Assembly (NCBI GenBank): GCA_035563115.1
Contig: DATMVO010000425.1
Span: 1 to 54,417 of the forward strand
Origin: Solirubrobacteraceae bacterium
GTDB taxonomy: Bacteria; Actinomycetota; Thermoleophilia; Solirubrobacterales; Solirubrobacteraceae
Direction: 5' to 3'
Length of the DNA stretch: 54,417 nucleotides
This document shows positions 26,864 to 36,520 of the stretch, one piece after another. A program made the position numbers and the translations under genes. Below the pieces are notes generated by a model. That model worked only from the letters and a program-made list of their open reading frames with translations, was not told where the DNA came from and made no database searches. Within the stretch, counting starts at the first letter, position 1; the number at the start of each line of letters is the position of its first letter.

Positions 26864-27489
26864 CGGCTCCACGCTCCGTCGTCGAGGCGCTCGCGCAGCT
26901 TGAGCAACGCCAGGCGCATCCGTCCTTTGACGGTTCCGAGGGGGAGGTCGAGGCGCTCGGCGATCTCCGCGTGCGTGAGGCCGGCGAAGTACGCGAGCTC
27001 CACGACCTCGGCCTGCTCCCGGGGCAGGGTGTCCAGCGCCGTGCGCACCGTCCGCGTGTCCTCGTGACGGAAGACCTGCGTGTCGGGCAGCGCGCCCTGC
27101 GACACCGCCTCGTCGATGCCCTGCGGCCCGCCGTGGACGCGGCCGTAGGTCTCGGCGCGCCGCAACGCATCGAGCGCCCGATGGCGCACCACCCCGAGCA
27201 GCCATGCGCGGCCGTCGCCGCGGGCGGCATCGAAGCTCGCCGCTGACCGCCAGACGACCAAGAACGCCTCCTGCACGACGTCCTCCGCGCGCCCGCGAGA
27301 CTTGACGATCCGCAGCGCGAGTCCGAACGCTGCATCGGCGTGACGGCGGTAGAGAACCTGGAAGGCGATGTCGTCCAGCTCGCACAGTGCGTCGATGAGC
27401 TCGGCGTCGGCCCAGGTGTCGTCGGCGTGACCTCGGTGCGTCACTCGTCCGTCGCTACCCGGCACGCGTGGCCCACATGCTCCGGCCAA
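26860..27489 (-). CDS. ECF sigma-70 factor (SigK-like)
   Basis: Region 2 is FQVLYRRHADAAFGLALRIVKSRGRAEDVVQEAFLVVW. Region 4 is REQAEVVELAYFAGLTHAEIAERLDLPLGTVKGRMRLAL. The exact start is uncertain. Confidence 0.8.
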   Translation of the reverse strand: MAGACGPRVPGSDGRVTHRGHADDTWADAELIDALCELDDIAFQVLYRRHADAAFGLALRIVKSRGRAEDVVQEAFLVVWRSAASFDAARGDGRAWLLGVVRHRALDALRRAETYGRVHGGPQGIDEAVSQGALPDTQVFRHEDTRTVRTALDTLPREQAEVVELAYFAGLTHAEIAERLDLPLGTVKGRMRLALLKLRERLDDGAWSR

Positions 27490-27543
27490 GCCGGCCGGCG
27501 GCTGGTGTCGCGGCCCGCATCGAGCCGCGACACCCGGACGATC

Positions 27544-27726
27544 TCACGCAGAGATCCGGTCCTCCCGCTCGGCGCCTCGGTTCTCGCCGCCGGAGAGCGA
27601 GCTCTTGAACTCGCGCAGTCCGGAACCGAGCGAGCGCCCTGCATCCGGCAGCTTCTTCGGGCCGAGCACCACGAGCGCGATGATCAGGACGATCATCAGC
27701 TCGGGCAGGCCGATCCCCATCGGCAT
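27544..27726 (-). CDS. tatA: Twin-arginine translocase subunit TatA/E
   Basis: [44 protein letters not shown] is the canonical TatA TM and amphipathic helix. Confidence 0.8.
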   Translation of the reverse strand: MPMGIGLPELMIVLIIALVVLGPKKLPDAGRSLGSGLREFKSSLSGGENRGAEREDRISA

Positions 27727-27728
27727 CG

Positions 27729-28556
27729 CTAGGAGAGCGTGCGCGTGTTCACGCCCGACGGGTCCGGCGTGCGCGCCGAGACCGCGTCGAACTCGAAGAA
27801 CGTGCCGGGCTTGCTGCCCTCCTTGCCGAAGCCGAAGCCGGCGGCCTCGAGCTGCGCGACGGCGCCCGTGATGTCGTAGAAGCCGGGCTGGCCGCTCGAC
27901 GGCAGGCCCGGAACCTCCTCGCGCTGGGCGAACCGCATGAACGCGCGGTCGTTGCCCAGCTTGCCCAGCGACTGGAGCGCGAGCGCGCGGTGCACGGCCT
28001 CCGCGCCCATGAACTCGGCCAGGTAGCGGGCGAACTGCGAGCCCTTCGAGCCGACGCCCATGCCCGTCCGCGCGAAGACGGTGATGCCGAGCAGGTAGGC
28101 GTTGATGAAGATCTGATCGCCCACGACGAGCGTGCCGAGCAGGCCCTCCTTCGTCGCCAGCGCGTCGTTCGGGACCCAGATGCGCTTCGTGATCTCCTTG
28201 CCGCCGACGGCGCTGGAGGTGAGCGTCTGGTAGTGGATGAGCTCCTCACGCGCGGCCGCGGCGAGGTTGGCCTTCGTCGTCGCGTCGATGCCGAGCTTGT
28301 CGGCGTTCTCGAACCCGACCGTGTTGACGATCGTCGCGAGCACCTCGGCGGTCGCTGCGACGTTGGCGATCGTCGCGGCGTCGTTCGCCGCGGCACCGCT
28401 GTCCTGCGCCTGTGCGGCGCGGGTGGCGAAGCCGAGCATGCCCATCGAGCCGAGCGCGGCGGCGGCGCCACCGATCAGCGTGCGGCGCGTCGCGGCGGGC
28501 TTGTCGCGGTGGACGTCGTCGAGGGTCTCGTAGACGTGGTTCAGGGCGTCGGTCAT
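27729..28556 (-). CDS. Tat-signal ferritin-like domain protein
   Basis: Starting at the ATG at 28556, the protein has a twin-arginine signal [23 protein letters not shown]. The body ([19 protein letters not shown]...EELIHYQTL...[12 protein letters not shown]) resembles secreted Ferritin_2-type proteins. Confidence 0.6.
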   Translation of the reverse strand: MTDALNHVYETLDDVHRDKPAATRRTLIGGAAAALGSMGMLGFATRAAQAQDSGAAANDAATIANVAATAEVLATIVNTVGFENADKLGIDATTKANLAAAAREELIHYQTLTSSAVGGKEITKRIWVPNDALATKEGLLGTLVVGDQIFINAYLLGITVFARTGMGVGSKGSQFARYLAEFMGAEAVHRALALQSLGKLGNDRAFMRFAQREEVPGLPSSGQPGFYDITGAVAQLEAAGFGFGKEGSKPGTFFEFDAVSARTPDPSGVNTRTLS

Positions 28557-28690
28557 GCGGTCCTCCTTGAACAGTGCGTACACCCGCGATGTGCGTCCCG
28601 GACCGGACCGGATGCACCATGACGTCAAGTTGGCACCAGACACCCGATCGTTGCCGTGATCCATCAGCGGGCTTCGCGCACATCGCAGGC

Positions 28691-29101
28691 ATGCCCGCGA
28701 CCTCGACACGCGCGTCGACCTTACGCCGGCGGCGCGCGATCCACCGAGACGCCGTCGCCGTGCTCGAGGCCGACTGCGGCCCGACGATGACCATCGACGC
28801 GGTCGCCCGTTCGGTCGCCACGTCACGGCGCCAGCTGCAGCGCGCGTTCGACGAGGTCGGCGGCACGACGTTCAGCGCCCACCTCACAGCCGTGCGCATG
28901 CGCCGCGCGGCGGTCCTCCTCTCGCGCACGTCCGCGACCGTGGCGGAGATCTCCGAGACGGTCGGCTACCGCGAGCCGTCGCAGTTCCGCAAGGCATTCA
29001 AGCGCCGGTACGGACTGACGCCCGCCGGCCTGCGCCGCTCGGCTGGTGACCGCGCGACGACCCTCCCCGGGCTTGGCGCCACGCGATCACGGGAAGCTTG
29101 A
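28691..29101 (+). CDS. AraC-family HTH regulator (short)
   Basis: MTIDAVARSVATSRRQLQRAFDEVGGTTFSAHLTAVRMRRAAVLLSRTSATVAEISETVGYREPSQFRKAFKRRYGLTPAGLRR is an HTH_18 pattern. I chose the start at ATG 28691. Confidence 0.65.
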   Translation: MPATSTRASTLRRRRAIHRDAVAVLEADCGPTMTIDAVARSVATSRRQLQRAFDEVGGTTFSAHLTAVRMRRAAVLLSRTSATVAEISETVGYREPSQFRKAFKRRYGLTPAGLRRSAGDRATTLPGLGATRSREA

Positions 29102-29805
29102 GCGTCGTGTCCGCGCTCGCACTTCCCGCCGATGGGAACGATCCGCTCGCCCTGCTCGGCCGCGCATTCGACGCGCAGCGACACGGCGCTCCGCCGCACG
29201 TCGAGCACGTGCTCCGCTGGCACGACGGCTCGGAGGCGACGGTGAAGGTCGCACGGTGGATCGCCGACCCCACCCCGGAGGAGCTCGCGCTTCTGGACCG
29301 GGTTCGCGGGCCGGTGCTCGACGTCGGGTGCGGCCCCGGCCGGCACGTCTCCGAACTGCAGCGCCGTGGGATCCCCGCACTCGGCGTCGACGTCCTGCCC
29401 GAGGCCGTGCGGTTCGCGCGCGCCCGCGGGGCCCGAGCGTTGCAGCGCTCGGTGTTCGCCCCGCTTCCGGACACCGGCCGGTGGCGGACCGCACTCCTGC
29501 TCGACGGCAACGTCGGCATCGGCGGCGACCCCGCCGCGCTCCTGCGCCGCATCCACGCGTTGCTCGGCGCCGGCGGCATCGTGCTGCTGGAGGCCGAGGA
29601 GCACGGCATCGGGCTGCGCTGCGGCACCTGCCGGCTCGAGACGCCGGCCGGCAGCAGCACGCCCTTCCGCTGGGGCCGGGTCGGCATCGACGCGGTGGAC
29701 ACCCTCGCCGCCGCCTGCGGCTTCACCGTCAGCGACGCGTGGACGGTCGGCGGCCGTTGGTTCGCCCAGCTCACCGCCGACCACCGCCCGACCGTCGTCC
29801 GCTAG
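29098..29805 (+). CDS. Class I SAM-dependent methyltransferase
   Basis: Motif I is VLDVGCGPGRHVSEL, then GVDVLPEAV and ALLLDGNVGIGGDP. The start is TTG 29098 (overlapping the AraC stop) or GTG 29107. Confidence 0.65.
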   Translation: MSVVSALALPADGNDPLALLGRAFDAQRHGAPPHVEHVLRWHDGSEATVKVARWIADPTPEELALLDRVRGPVLDVGCGPGRHVSELQRRGIPALGVDVLPEAVRFARARGARALQRSVFAPLPDTGRWRTALLLDGNVGIGGDPAALLRRIHALLGAGGIVLLEAEEHGIGLRCGTCRLETPAGSSTPFRWGRVGIDAVDTLAAACGFTVSDAWTVGGRWFAQLTADHRPTVVR

Positions 29806-30089
29806 GAGCGCGCGAGGAAGTCCAGCACGGCCCCCGGTTGAAACTCCTCCGGGTGGCTGACGTTGGAGCCGTGCGGGGCGCCCGCGATGACGTGCAGCTC
29901 GCTGCCCGCGAGCGCCTCGTGCGTGCGCTTGCCCGAGCCCTCGAACGGCACCGTCGCGTCACCGTCGCCGTGCACTACGCCGACAGCTTCGGCCACGACC
30001 GGAAGTCCGGCGCGGCGTTCAGCGAGGACGAGTACCGCGTCGAGGTCTGGCAGCCACCCGGCCTGCGTCTCCCAGGTCGTTCTCAGCCG
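29802..30089 (-). pseudogene. C-terminal remnant of an alpha/beta-hydrolase
   Basis: Only the last roughly 95 codons look native (VVHGDGDATVPFEGSGKRTHEALAGSELHVIAGAPHGSNVSHPEEF..AVLDFL). Upstream the ORF becomes Arg/Ser-rich and overlaps the next plus-strand gene. Confidence 0.4.
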
Positions 30090-30198
30090 GCGCCCTGGAC
30101 CTGACGTTCCGCGCCGGGCCGGCGTCCTTCTCCTGGAAGGCGCCGCCTCGTCGGCGCTCTTCGGGTTCTCTTGCCCCGGTCGATCACGGTGAATCTCC

Positions 30199-31428
30199 AT
30201 GCCCCGAACCGTCCCGCTTCTCCTCGCGCTGCTCCTCTGCGCGCTCGCCGCCGCGCCCGCGCCCGGCGCCGAGGTCGGCATCTCCGACCAGAACGCCGCA
30301 ACGTGGTCGGACGCGCGCGTGCGCGCGCTCGGGCTCGAGAACGCGCGGCTCGTCGTGCCGTGGAACGCCGCGACGACCGAGCCGGACCGCGTGCAGGCGT
30401 GGCTCGACGCCACCGCCGCCGCAGGCCTCGAGCCGCACATCGCGTTCGAGCACGCCCGCGGGACGCAGTGCCCGTCGCGACCGTGCACGTATCCGACGCG
30501 CGCCGCGTACGCCGCCGCGGTCCGCGCGTTCCTCGCGCGCTTTCCCCGGGTGCGGACCTACACGACGTGGAATGAGGCGAACCACGTCACGCAGCCCGTG
30601 TCCGACCGGCCGGAGACGGTCGCCGGCTACTACGAGGACCTGCGTGCCGCATGCCCGTCGTGCACGGTGGTCGCCGGCGACGTGCTCGACTCCGGATCGT
30701 ACGTGCGGTGGCTCGAGCGCTTTCAGGCGGCGACCGACAGCGACCCTCAGCTCTGGGGGCTGCACAACTACGGCGACGTGACGTACGGGCGCACCACCGG
30801 CACCGACCGGGTGCTCGCCGCCGTGCCCGGCCGGCTGTGGCTCGAGGAGACTGGCGGGATCGTGACGCTCCGTGGTGCGGGCGGGCGGGTGACGCTGCCC
30901 AGCGACGAGGAGCGGGCGGCGCGTGGTGTGACGCAAGCGTTCGCGATGGCACGTGTGCGGCCGCGGATCGAGCGGCTCTACGTCTACCAGTGGAAGGCGC
31001 TCGCGCTCGATCGCTTCGACGCGGGGCTCGTGCGTCCGGACGACTCGACCCGCCCGAGCTACGCGGCGATGCTCGCCGGGATGCGCTCCGGCGCCGCACA
31101 GCCCGCGCCGCGGTGGCGGACCTGGTGGGCCGGCCAGCACCTCAAGGTCAAGCTCACGTGCCGTGCGAGCGACAAGCGCTGCCGAGGGACCGCGCGGATC
31201 GTGCTGCGCACCCGGGCGAAGGGCACGAAGCGGTGGACGGCCCGTCTCCTCGCGACGAGGACCTACCGGACCGTCGCGAGCAAGGGCACGGTGACCCTCC
31301 GGATCAAGGTGCCGGCCACCCTCCGCAAGCGCGCACGGCAGGCGCAGTACCGGCGCGTGGCGCTCACGGTGCGAGCGACGACGCCGGCGGCCGAGGCGTC
31401 GAAGGTCGCGCTCACGCTCCGTCGCTAG
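30199..31428 (+). CDS. Secreted glycoside-hydrolase-like (TIM-barrel type) protein
   Basis: The signal peptide is MPRTVPLLLALLLCALAAAPAPGA. TTWNEANH resembles the GH clan-A acid/base NE motif, and LWLEETGG is a possible nucleophile region. The C-terminal roughly 110 aa is basic and beta-rich. Confidence 0.45.
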   Translation: MPRTVPLLLALLLCALAAAPAPGAEVGISDQNAATWSDARVRALGLENARLVVPWNAATTEPDRVQAWLDATAAAGLEPHIAFEHARGTQCPSRPCTYPTRAAYAAAVRAFLARFPRVRTYTTWNEANHVTQPVSDRPETVAGYYEDLRAACPSCTVVAGDVLDSGSYVRWLERFQAATDSDPQLWGLHNYGDVTYGRTTGTDRVLAAVPGRLWLEETGGIVTLRGAGGRVTLPSDEERAARGVTQAFAMARVRPRIERLYVYQWKALALDRFDAGLVRPDDSTRPSYAAMLAGMRSGAAQPAPRWRTWWAGQHLKVKLTCRASDKRCRGTARIVLRTRAKGTKRWTARLLATRTYRTVASKGTVTLRIKVPATLRKRARQAQYRRVALTVRATTPAAEASKVALTLRR

Positions 31429-31545
31429 ACGGTCCACGGCGCGCCACCGCTCGGACGGCCTGGGGCCCGGCGGAGAACGACGAACGGGGCGCCGTCGCCG
31501 GCGCCCCGTTCGCTGCTTCGCTGTCGTGTTCGCTGCGCTGCCCGG

Positions 31546-31842
31546 TTACGACCGCGCGGAACGCGCCGCGCGGGCGCGCGCACGGGCACGGGCGCGGGCG
31601 CTCTTCGACCGGGCGGACCGGGTGCTCGCAGCGGTCGCCGTCGCCGTCGACGTCGTCGAGTCCGAGCTCGTCGACTCGCCCGGGTACGTGCCGGCGCTCT
31701 GCGACGTCGTCTCGCCCGGGTACGTGCCGGCGCTGTCGCCGTCCCGGTCCGGGCAGGCCGCGAACGCGGCGGTGCCGCCCGACATCGCGAGCGCCCCGGC
31801 GGCGAGGCCGGCGACGAGCGAGCGGTTCTTGATGGTGAGCAT
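31546..31842 (-). CDS. Small secreted repeat protein
   Basis: The signal-like N-terminus is MLTIKNRSLVAGLAAGALAMSGGTAAFAA. It has a duplicated SAGTYPGE(T/S)TS unit encoded by a perfect 24-nt direct repeat (31675-31698 and 31711-31734) and an (AR)n tail. Confidence 0.4.
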   Translation of the reverse strand: MLTIKNRSLVAGLAAGALAMSGGTAAFAACPDRDGDSAGTYPGETTSQSAGTYPGESTSSDSTTSTATATAASTRSARSKSARARARARARAARSARS

Positions 31843-32128
31843 GGGTCCTCCTGGAGGGTGGTTTCCCTCACAAGGACGCTTTGGCCAGGCGCGACGTCAG
31901 GTGGTTCATGCACACCTCTTCGCTCAGGAGCTCACACGTTCCTCTCGGGTCGTGCTCACCGGTCACATCGACCATGGGCTGCATGAACCCGGTCGAGCAT
32001 CACCTCGCCGTCGACGACGCGATGGGACACCGCAACTCGCCGGGGAGCCACATCGCCGCTCAGGCGCGTCCGGATGTCGTCGCCTTCCACGACGCCGTTC
32101 TCGCCTGCGTCGCCGACCTTCGAACGCA

Positions 32129-32716
32129 GTGACAGCCTTCCCGCCCCACCATGTCGTCCGCGACGAGGTCCTCGCGCGGCGGGCGGCGGCGGGCGACGAG
32201 GACGCTTTCGCGGTCCTGGTCTCACGCCACCACCCGCGCATCGAGCGGTATTGCCGGTCCATCGTCCGTCATGACGAAGACGGCAGCGACGCGGCGCAGA
32301 ACGCGATGGCGAAGGCGATGCTCGCCCTTCGGAACGGCGCGGGTCCGGACCAGGCCGTACGGGCCTGGCTGTACCGCATCGCGCACAACGAAGCGATTTC
32401 CCTGCTGCGCCGGCGCCGCGACGAGCCGGAGCTGAGCGATCGGATGCCGACTCAAGGCGACTCCTTGACGGACACGGTGGAGCTTCGCGACGACGTGGCG
32501 CGGCTCATGGACGCCGTCCGGCACCTACCGCCGGGCATGCGCAGCGCATTCCTGCTCCGTGAGCTCACCGGGCTGGATCACAGGACGATCGGCCAGGTCC
32601 TCGGGATCAGCCAGGGCGCATCCCGTCAGGCCGTCTGCGAAGCGCGTCAGTCGCTGCGTCGAGCGACGTCCGCCCACGTCATGCACTGGCGACGGCCACC
32701 GGCGCTCCGCTCATGA
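32129..32716 (+). CDS. ECF sigma-70 factor
   Basis: Region 2 is DEDAFAVLVSRHHPRIERYCRSIVRHDEDGSDAAQNAMAKA...WLYRIAHNEAISLLRRR. Region 4 is LPPGMRSAFLLRELTGLDHRTIGQVLGISQGASRQAVCEAR. The start (GTG 32129) is tentative. Confidence 0.7.
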   Translation: MTAFPPHHVVRDEVLARRAAAGDEDAFAVLVSRHHPRIERYCRSIVRHDEDGSDAAQNAMAKAMLALRNGAGPDQAVRAWLYRIAHNEAISLLRRRRDEPELSDRMPTQGDSLTDTVELRDDVARLMDAVRHLPPGMRSAFLLRELTGLDHRTIGQVLGISQGASRQAVCEARQSLRRATSAHVMHWRRPPALRS

Positions 32717-32978
32717 GCTCGCTCGAACCGCGCTTGTCACGCCGCCGCTGGAGCCCCTCGATGCCTGTCGTCACGCGCCGTCGACGAACGAACGAGCGAG
32801 CGCCGCGATCATCGCCACCCCTACTCTGACCATCAGGAGCGAGGTGAGCGGGCCTGCTGCGCCGTTCAGTTTCCGTCGAGCGCTTGGACGCCACGACGCG
32901 CCTTATGTAGCGGGCGGGTGTTCGGCGCGGGGCATTCCCGCCGATGACTGACTTGAAGTCATCGTCTGTCCCGCCATC

Positions 32979-34337
32979 GTGCTCCTACGCTCCAAGCTCT
33001 TTGTCGCGGTCCTGACCGCTACGTGCCTCTTCGCTGCGATGGCGGGTCTGGCTCTGCTCTGTGGACGTCTCCTCGGCAGCGGTGTCCGCGACGAGGCACT
33101 TGCGAGCGCATCGCGCACCGCGGACGCAGTCGCAACCGTCGCGCTCGCTGACAGCCAGCAGAACGATGAGGCGGACCCCACCGCTGTGCTGCAAGGCTAT
33201 GTCCGACGGGTCGATACGCTCGAGGCGTTGATCCTGCGCGCGGGCGACGGCACACCTCTGGCGAGCGCCGGCTCGGCCGCCGCAAGGCGCATCCCGGACG
33301 CGTCGCGTTCGCCGAGGATCGCCGGCAACCACCTGGTCGTCGACGTTCCGCTCAACGGACAGATCCCCGAAGCATCGACCCTCACCGTCGTCCTCGCCTA
33401 TAGCCCGGTCAAGGCGTCGATCGACCGGAGCACCGGACAGATCGACCTTGCCCTCGCCCTCGCCGCGCTCGCCATCACACTCGCGGTCCTCCCACTCGTG
33501 CTGCGCGCGATGAACACCGTCGCCTCGCAGGAGCGCCGCCGCGACGCGGACGTCGAGCGCAGCATGCGAACAGCGCTGAACGAGAATCGGTTCGAACTCC
33601 ACTACCAGCCCATCTTCCGGACGTCAGACGGCGTCCTGCGGGGCGTCGAAGCGCTCGTTCGCCTGCGCACACCGGACGGCACGCTCGTGCCGCCAGGCGC
33701 GTTCATCCCGGACGCCGAGCGCACCGGGTTCATCCGCGAGCTCGGTGCCTGGGTCCTCGACGCCGCGTGCCGACAGGCCGCCTGTTGGCGAGCCGACGGT
33801 CATTGGATCGCGACCTCCGTCAACGTCTCACCCGAGCAGATCCGCACGACGGACATGCCCGCCCTCGTGCGCGAGACGCTCGCCCGTCACCAACTTCCCG
33901 CCGAACTGCTGTGGCTCGAGCTGACCGAAAGCGCGCTGCACACCGACATCGGCCGCGCCCGCGACACCCTCTCAGCCTTGGCGGAACTTGGCGTAGCGTG
34001 CACCCTCGACGACTTCGGAGCCGACTGGTCCTCACTCGCACGCCTGCGCGACCTCCCGCTCCGCGGCATGAAGATCGACCGTGCGTTCTTCACTGGCGTC
34101 CCCAATGACGATCGTGCGACGCGCCTGCTCGACGCCATCGTCGCCCTCGGTACGGCGCTCGAGCTGCACATCGTCGCCGAAGGCATCGAGACGGCCGACC
34201 AGCTCGCCTACCTGAACCGCACCCCCTGCGGTTACGCGCAGGGCTTCCATCTCGGTCGCCCGACACCCGCGTCGGAAGTACCGCTCGGCCTGGCGGAGAC
34301 GGAGCAACTCTCCCCGGCCCGCGCGATGATCGCGTAG
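32979..34337 (+). CDS. Membrane-anchored EAL-domain protein (c-di-GMP phosphodiesterase type)
   Basis: An N-terminal TM and a second TM flank a periplasmic-type segment. The EAL core is FELHYQPIF...GVEALVRL...FIPDAERTG...SVNVS...LELTES...DDFGADWSSLARLRDLPLRGMKIDRAF...AEGIET. Confidence 0.8.
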   Translation: MLLRSKLFVAVLTATCLFAAMAGLALLCGRLLGSGVRDEALASASRTADAVATVALADSQQNDEADPTAVLQGYVRRVDTLEALILRAGDGTPLASAGSAAARRIPDASRSPRIAGNHLVVDVPLNGQIPEASTLTVVLAYSPVKASIDRSTGQIDLALALAALAITLAVLPLVLRAMNTVASQERRRDADVERSMRTALNENRFELHYQPIFRTSDGVLRGVEALVRLRTPDGTLVPPGAFIPDAERTGFIRELGAWVLDAACRQAACWRADGHWIATSVNVSPEQIRTTDMPALVRETLARHQLPAELLWLELTESALHTDIGRARDTLSALAELGVACTLDDFGADWSSLARLRDLPLRGMKIDRAFFTGVPNDDRATRLLDAIVALGTALELHIVAEGIETADQLAYLNRTPCGYAQGFHLGRPTPASEVPLGLAETEQLSPARAMIA

Positions 34338-34474
34338 CGTCGTCCGTGTCGCCGATGCCGCGTCGTTGACGAGAGGCCGACCAGCCGAACCGCGCGAACG
34401 GCCCGCGCGGCGGGCTTCATCCGAACCACCGCGAACGTCCCCGAAGAGCTTGAGACCGACGCTGGGCGAGCCGG

Positions 34475-35149
34475 TCAGCCCGGCTGACCCTCGGGGAGGT
34501 AACGGATCATCGCCAGCTCGGTCGTGGCCTCCGGCGCGGGATCCTCCACCGAGCGGCGGTCGGCCACGCGGGCCTGGATCTGGAGCGCCTCGGCGAGCGT
34601 GTCGTTGAGCAGCGTGCTGAGCGCGGCGATGCCGCGCTCGTCGAGCTCGAGCCGCTCGAGCCGGTACCGCGCGCCTTCGGCGTCGAAGCCGCCGTTGAGC
34701 GCCGCCTTGCTGGCGTGCTGCCAGATCATCTCCAGCGTCTGGCCGTACAGCGCCTGACGCGCCGTGGCGGGGAGCTGACCCCACTGCTTGTTGGACAGCA
34801 CCGCCCGCGTCGTAGCGCGGTAGTAGTGCTTGACCGCGCCGCGCCGCTGCTCGGTGCGGACGAGCTCGATCGCGCCGTAGTCGCGCAACATCCGGAAGTG
34901 ATAACCCACGTCTCCGAGCTTCTCGTTGAGCTCTTCCGCGACCTCGCGCGGGCTTGCGACCCGCCGGTTCAGGATCTCCAGGATCCGCTGCCGCAGCGGA
35001 TGGGCGAGCGCCTTGACGTACCGGTCGTCGATCTCCGGCGGGGCGCTCTCGGCTTTACGCGGGGGCACGAGGGAGACACTAGTGCCTTGCGGTGAGCGGA
35101 TCGCGGCCAACTCTGTGTAGGTGAACCTTCCCGCTTTCAGCGGGCGCAC
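34475..35149 (-). CDS. ArsR-family winged-helix regulator with C-terminal extension
   Basis: KALAHPLRQRILEILNRRVASPREVAEELNEKLGDVGYHFRMLRDYGAIELVRTEQRRGAVKHYY is an HTH_20/ArsR pattern. Confidence 0.65.
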   Translation of the reverse strand: MRPLKAGRFTYTELAAIRSPQGTSVSLVPPRKAESAPPEIDDRYVKALAHPLRQRILEILNRRVASPREVAEELNEKLGDVGYHFRMLRDYGAIELVRTEQRRGAVKHYYRATTRAVLSNKQWGQLPATARQALYGQTLEMIWQHASKAALNGGFDAEGARYRLERLELDERGIAALSTLLNDTLAEALQIQARVADRRSVEDPAPEATTELAMIRYLPEGQPG

Positions 35150-35378
35150 ATGGTCTTGACGGTGTCGTCGATGAGACGTTCCGTTCCAGCGCGGAGGTCA
35201 CGTGAACCGCGATCGAGCGGTCACCCGGGTTCGCCGGGGGCGAGATCTTCGGCGTCGACACGGATGCCACGTCCACCGGTACACGGGCCGACCCCGTCCA
35301 CTTTGGCACGACTGCGTCGTGCGTGGGACGCGGGGATCGGTCCCGCACCGGGCGGGACCCCGAGCCAGGAGGCGTCTC

Positions 35379-35939
35379 ATGGCTGCCGGTTCCGCGTTCC
35401 TCGACGAGGCCGCCCAGTTGTTCGCCGACTTCCACTCCGAGCTGCGCATGAAGGTGCGCCGGCGCGTGCGGACCAGCGACGCGAACATCGACGACGCGTG
35501 CGCGCAGGCGTGGCTGATCTTCGTGAGCCGGCAGCCCGAGAACGTCGAGACCTTCCGCGGCTGGCTGATCGTCGTCGCCACGCGCCTCGCGATCGACCTC
35601 GCGCAGGAGGAAGCGGGCACGATCTACCTCGCCAACGGCCATGCCGCGCGCGGCGCTCGCGCCGTCTCCCTCGACATCGTTCCCGAGCAGCACGTCACGG
35701 ATGCTGCGCGGATGGAGGTCAAGGACGCGCTGGAGCGCGTCGCCGAGCTCTGCCCGCGCGACCGCCACGTCTTCGTCCTGCACGTCCTCGGCTACAAGTA
35801 CCCCGAGATCGCAGACCTGATGGGCCTCACCCCCACGGCAGTCGACCGCTACCTCCGACGCGCTCGGGCTCAGGTCCGAGGCACGAGCGCCAAGCCCAAG
35901 CGCGGGCCGCAGAGGAAGGCCGCAGCGCGCGTCGCGTAG
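35379..35939 (+). CDS. Sigma-70 family (ECF-like) sigma factor
   Basis: The ATG at 35379 is preceded by AGGAGG. Region 2-like sequence is DDACAQAWLIFVSRQPENVETFRGWLIVVATRLAIDL. Region 4 is RDRHVFVLHVLGYKYPEIADLMGLTPTAVDRYLRRAR. Confidence 0.65.
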   Translation: MAAGSAFLDEAAQLFADFHSELRMKVRRRVRTSDANIDDACAQAWLIFVSRQPENVETFRGWLIVVATRLAIDLAQEEAGTIYLANGHAARGARAVSLDIVPEQHVTDAARMEVKDALERVAELCPRDRHVFVLHVLGYKYPEIADLMGLTPTAVDRYLRRARAQVRGTSAKPKRGPQRKAAARVA

Positions 35940-36281
35940 GGCTCACCCGAGCGCGTGCCGCGTTCGCGCTCGGTGCCCGACCGTCGAACGGCCGAGGTAG
36001 TCGCCTAGCGGCGAGGGCGCGGTCGTGCGGGAGCGTGCCGTACGGCGGTCGGGCACGCCTTCGGCGCGCGCCCTGACGGACGACCGCCTGCATGAGGCGG
36101 AGGGCTGTGTCTCCCGATCCTCGGCCGGGTGCTCGCGCCGTCAAGGCGTGCTGTCGCGGCCAACTTCGTCAGATCAGGAGAACGGCAGAAGAGCAGGGCG
36201 GAAAGTCGTCGCGCCATCAGCCCTGACTGCGCTGCGCGCCTGGCCGGTCTCGGTGATCCACAACCCCAACGGAGGGACACC

Positions 36282-36485
36282 ATGATCACCATCTTCTGCG
36301 ACGTCTGCCGACGCCACGTCCCGCTGAGCGAGACCCGCGGGCTCGGCGAGCTCGAGCTCGGCTTCGACGTCCTGACCCAGTGCCTCGACCGGCCGACCTG
36401 CGAGGCCACGGAGGCGGCCTACGTGGCCGCAGAGCGCGCCAAGCCGCGCTCGCTCCCGGTCCTACCGGACGACGTGCCGTTCTAG
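36282..36485 (+). CDS. Small hypothetical protein (67 aa, Cys-containing)
   Basis: The ATG at 36282 is preceded by GGAGGG. MITIFCDVCRRHVPLSE...TQCLDRPTCE may bind metal. I recognised no family. Confidence 0.35.
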   Translation: MITIFCDVCRRHVPLSETRGLGELELGFDVLTQCLDRPTCEATEAAYVAAERAKPRSLPVLPDDVPF

Positions 36486-36494
36486 CCGGCAAGG

Positions 36495-36520
36495 CGGCTA
36501 GCTCCCTTGCGAGCTAGCCG
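36495..36520. terminator. Perfect 10-bp stem / 6-nt loop hairpin between convergent genes
   Basis: CGGCTAGCTC-ccttgc-GAGCTAGCCG. It lies between the stop of 36282..36485 (+) and overlaps the stop of 36514..36837 (-). There is no U-tract, as is common in high-GC genomes. Confidence 0.4.

Noticed and set aside
30184-31437. 417-aa minus-strand ORF
   Set aside because: It is antisense to the signal-peptide-bearing glycosidase-like gene and has shadow-ORF composition.
31560-31610. GC-rich GCGCGGGC/GCACGGGC low-complexity run
   Set aside because: It encodes the (Ala-Arg)n tail of the small secreted ORF on the minus strand. It is not a spaced repeat array.
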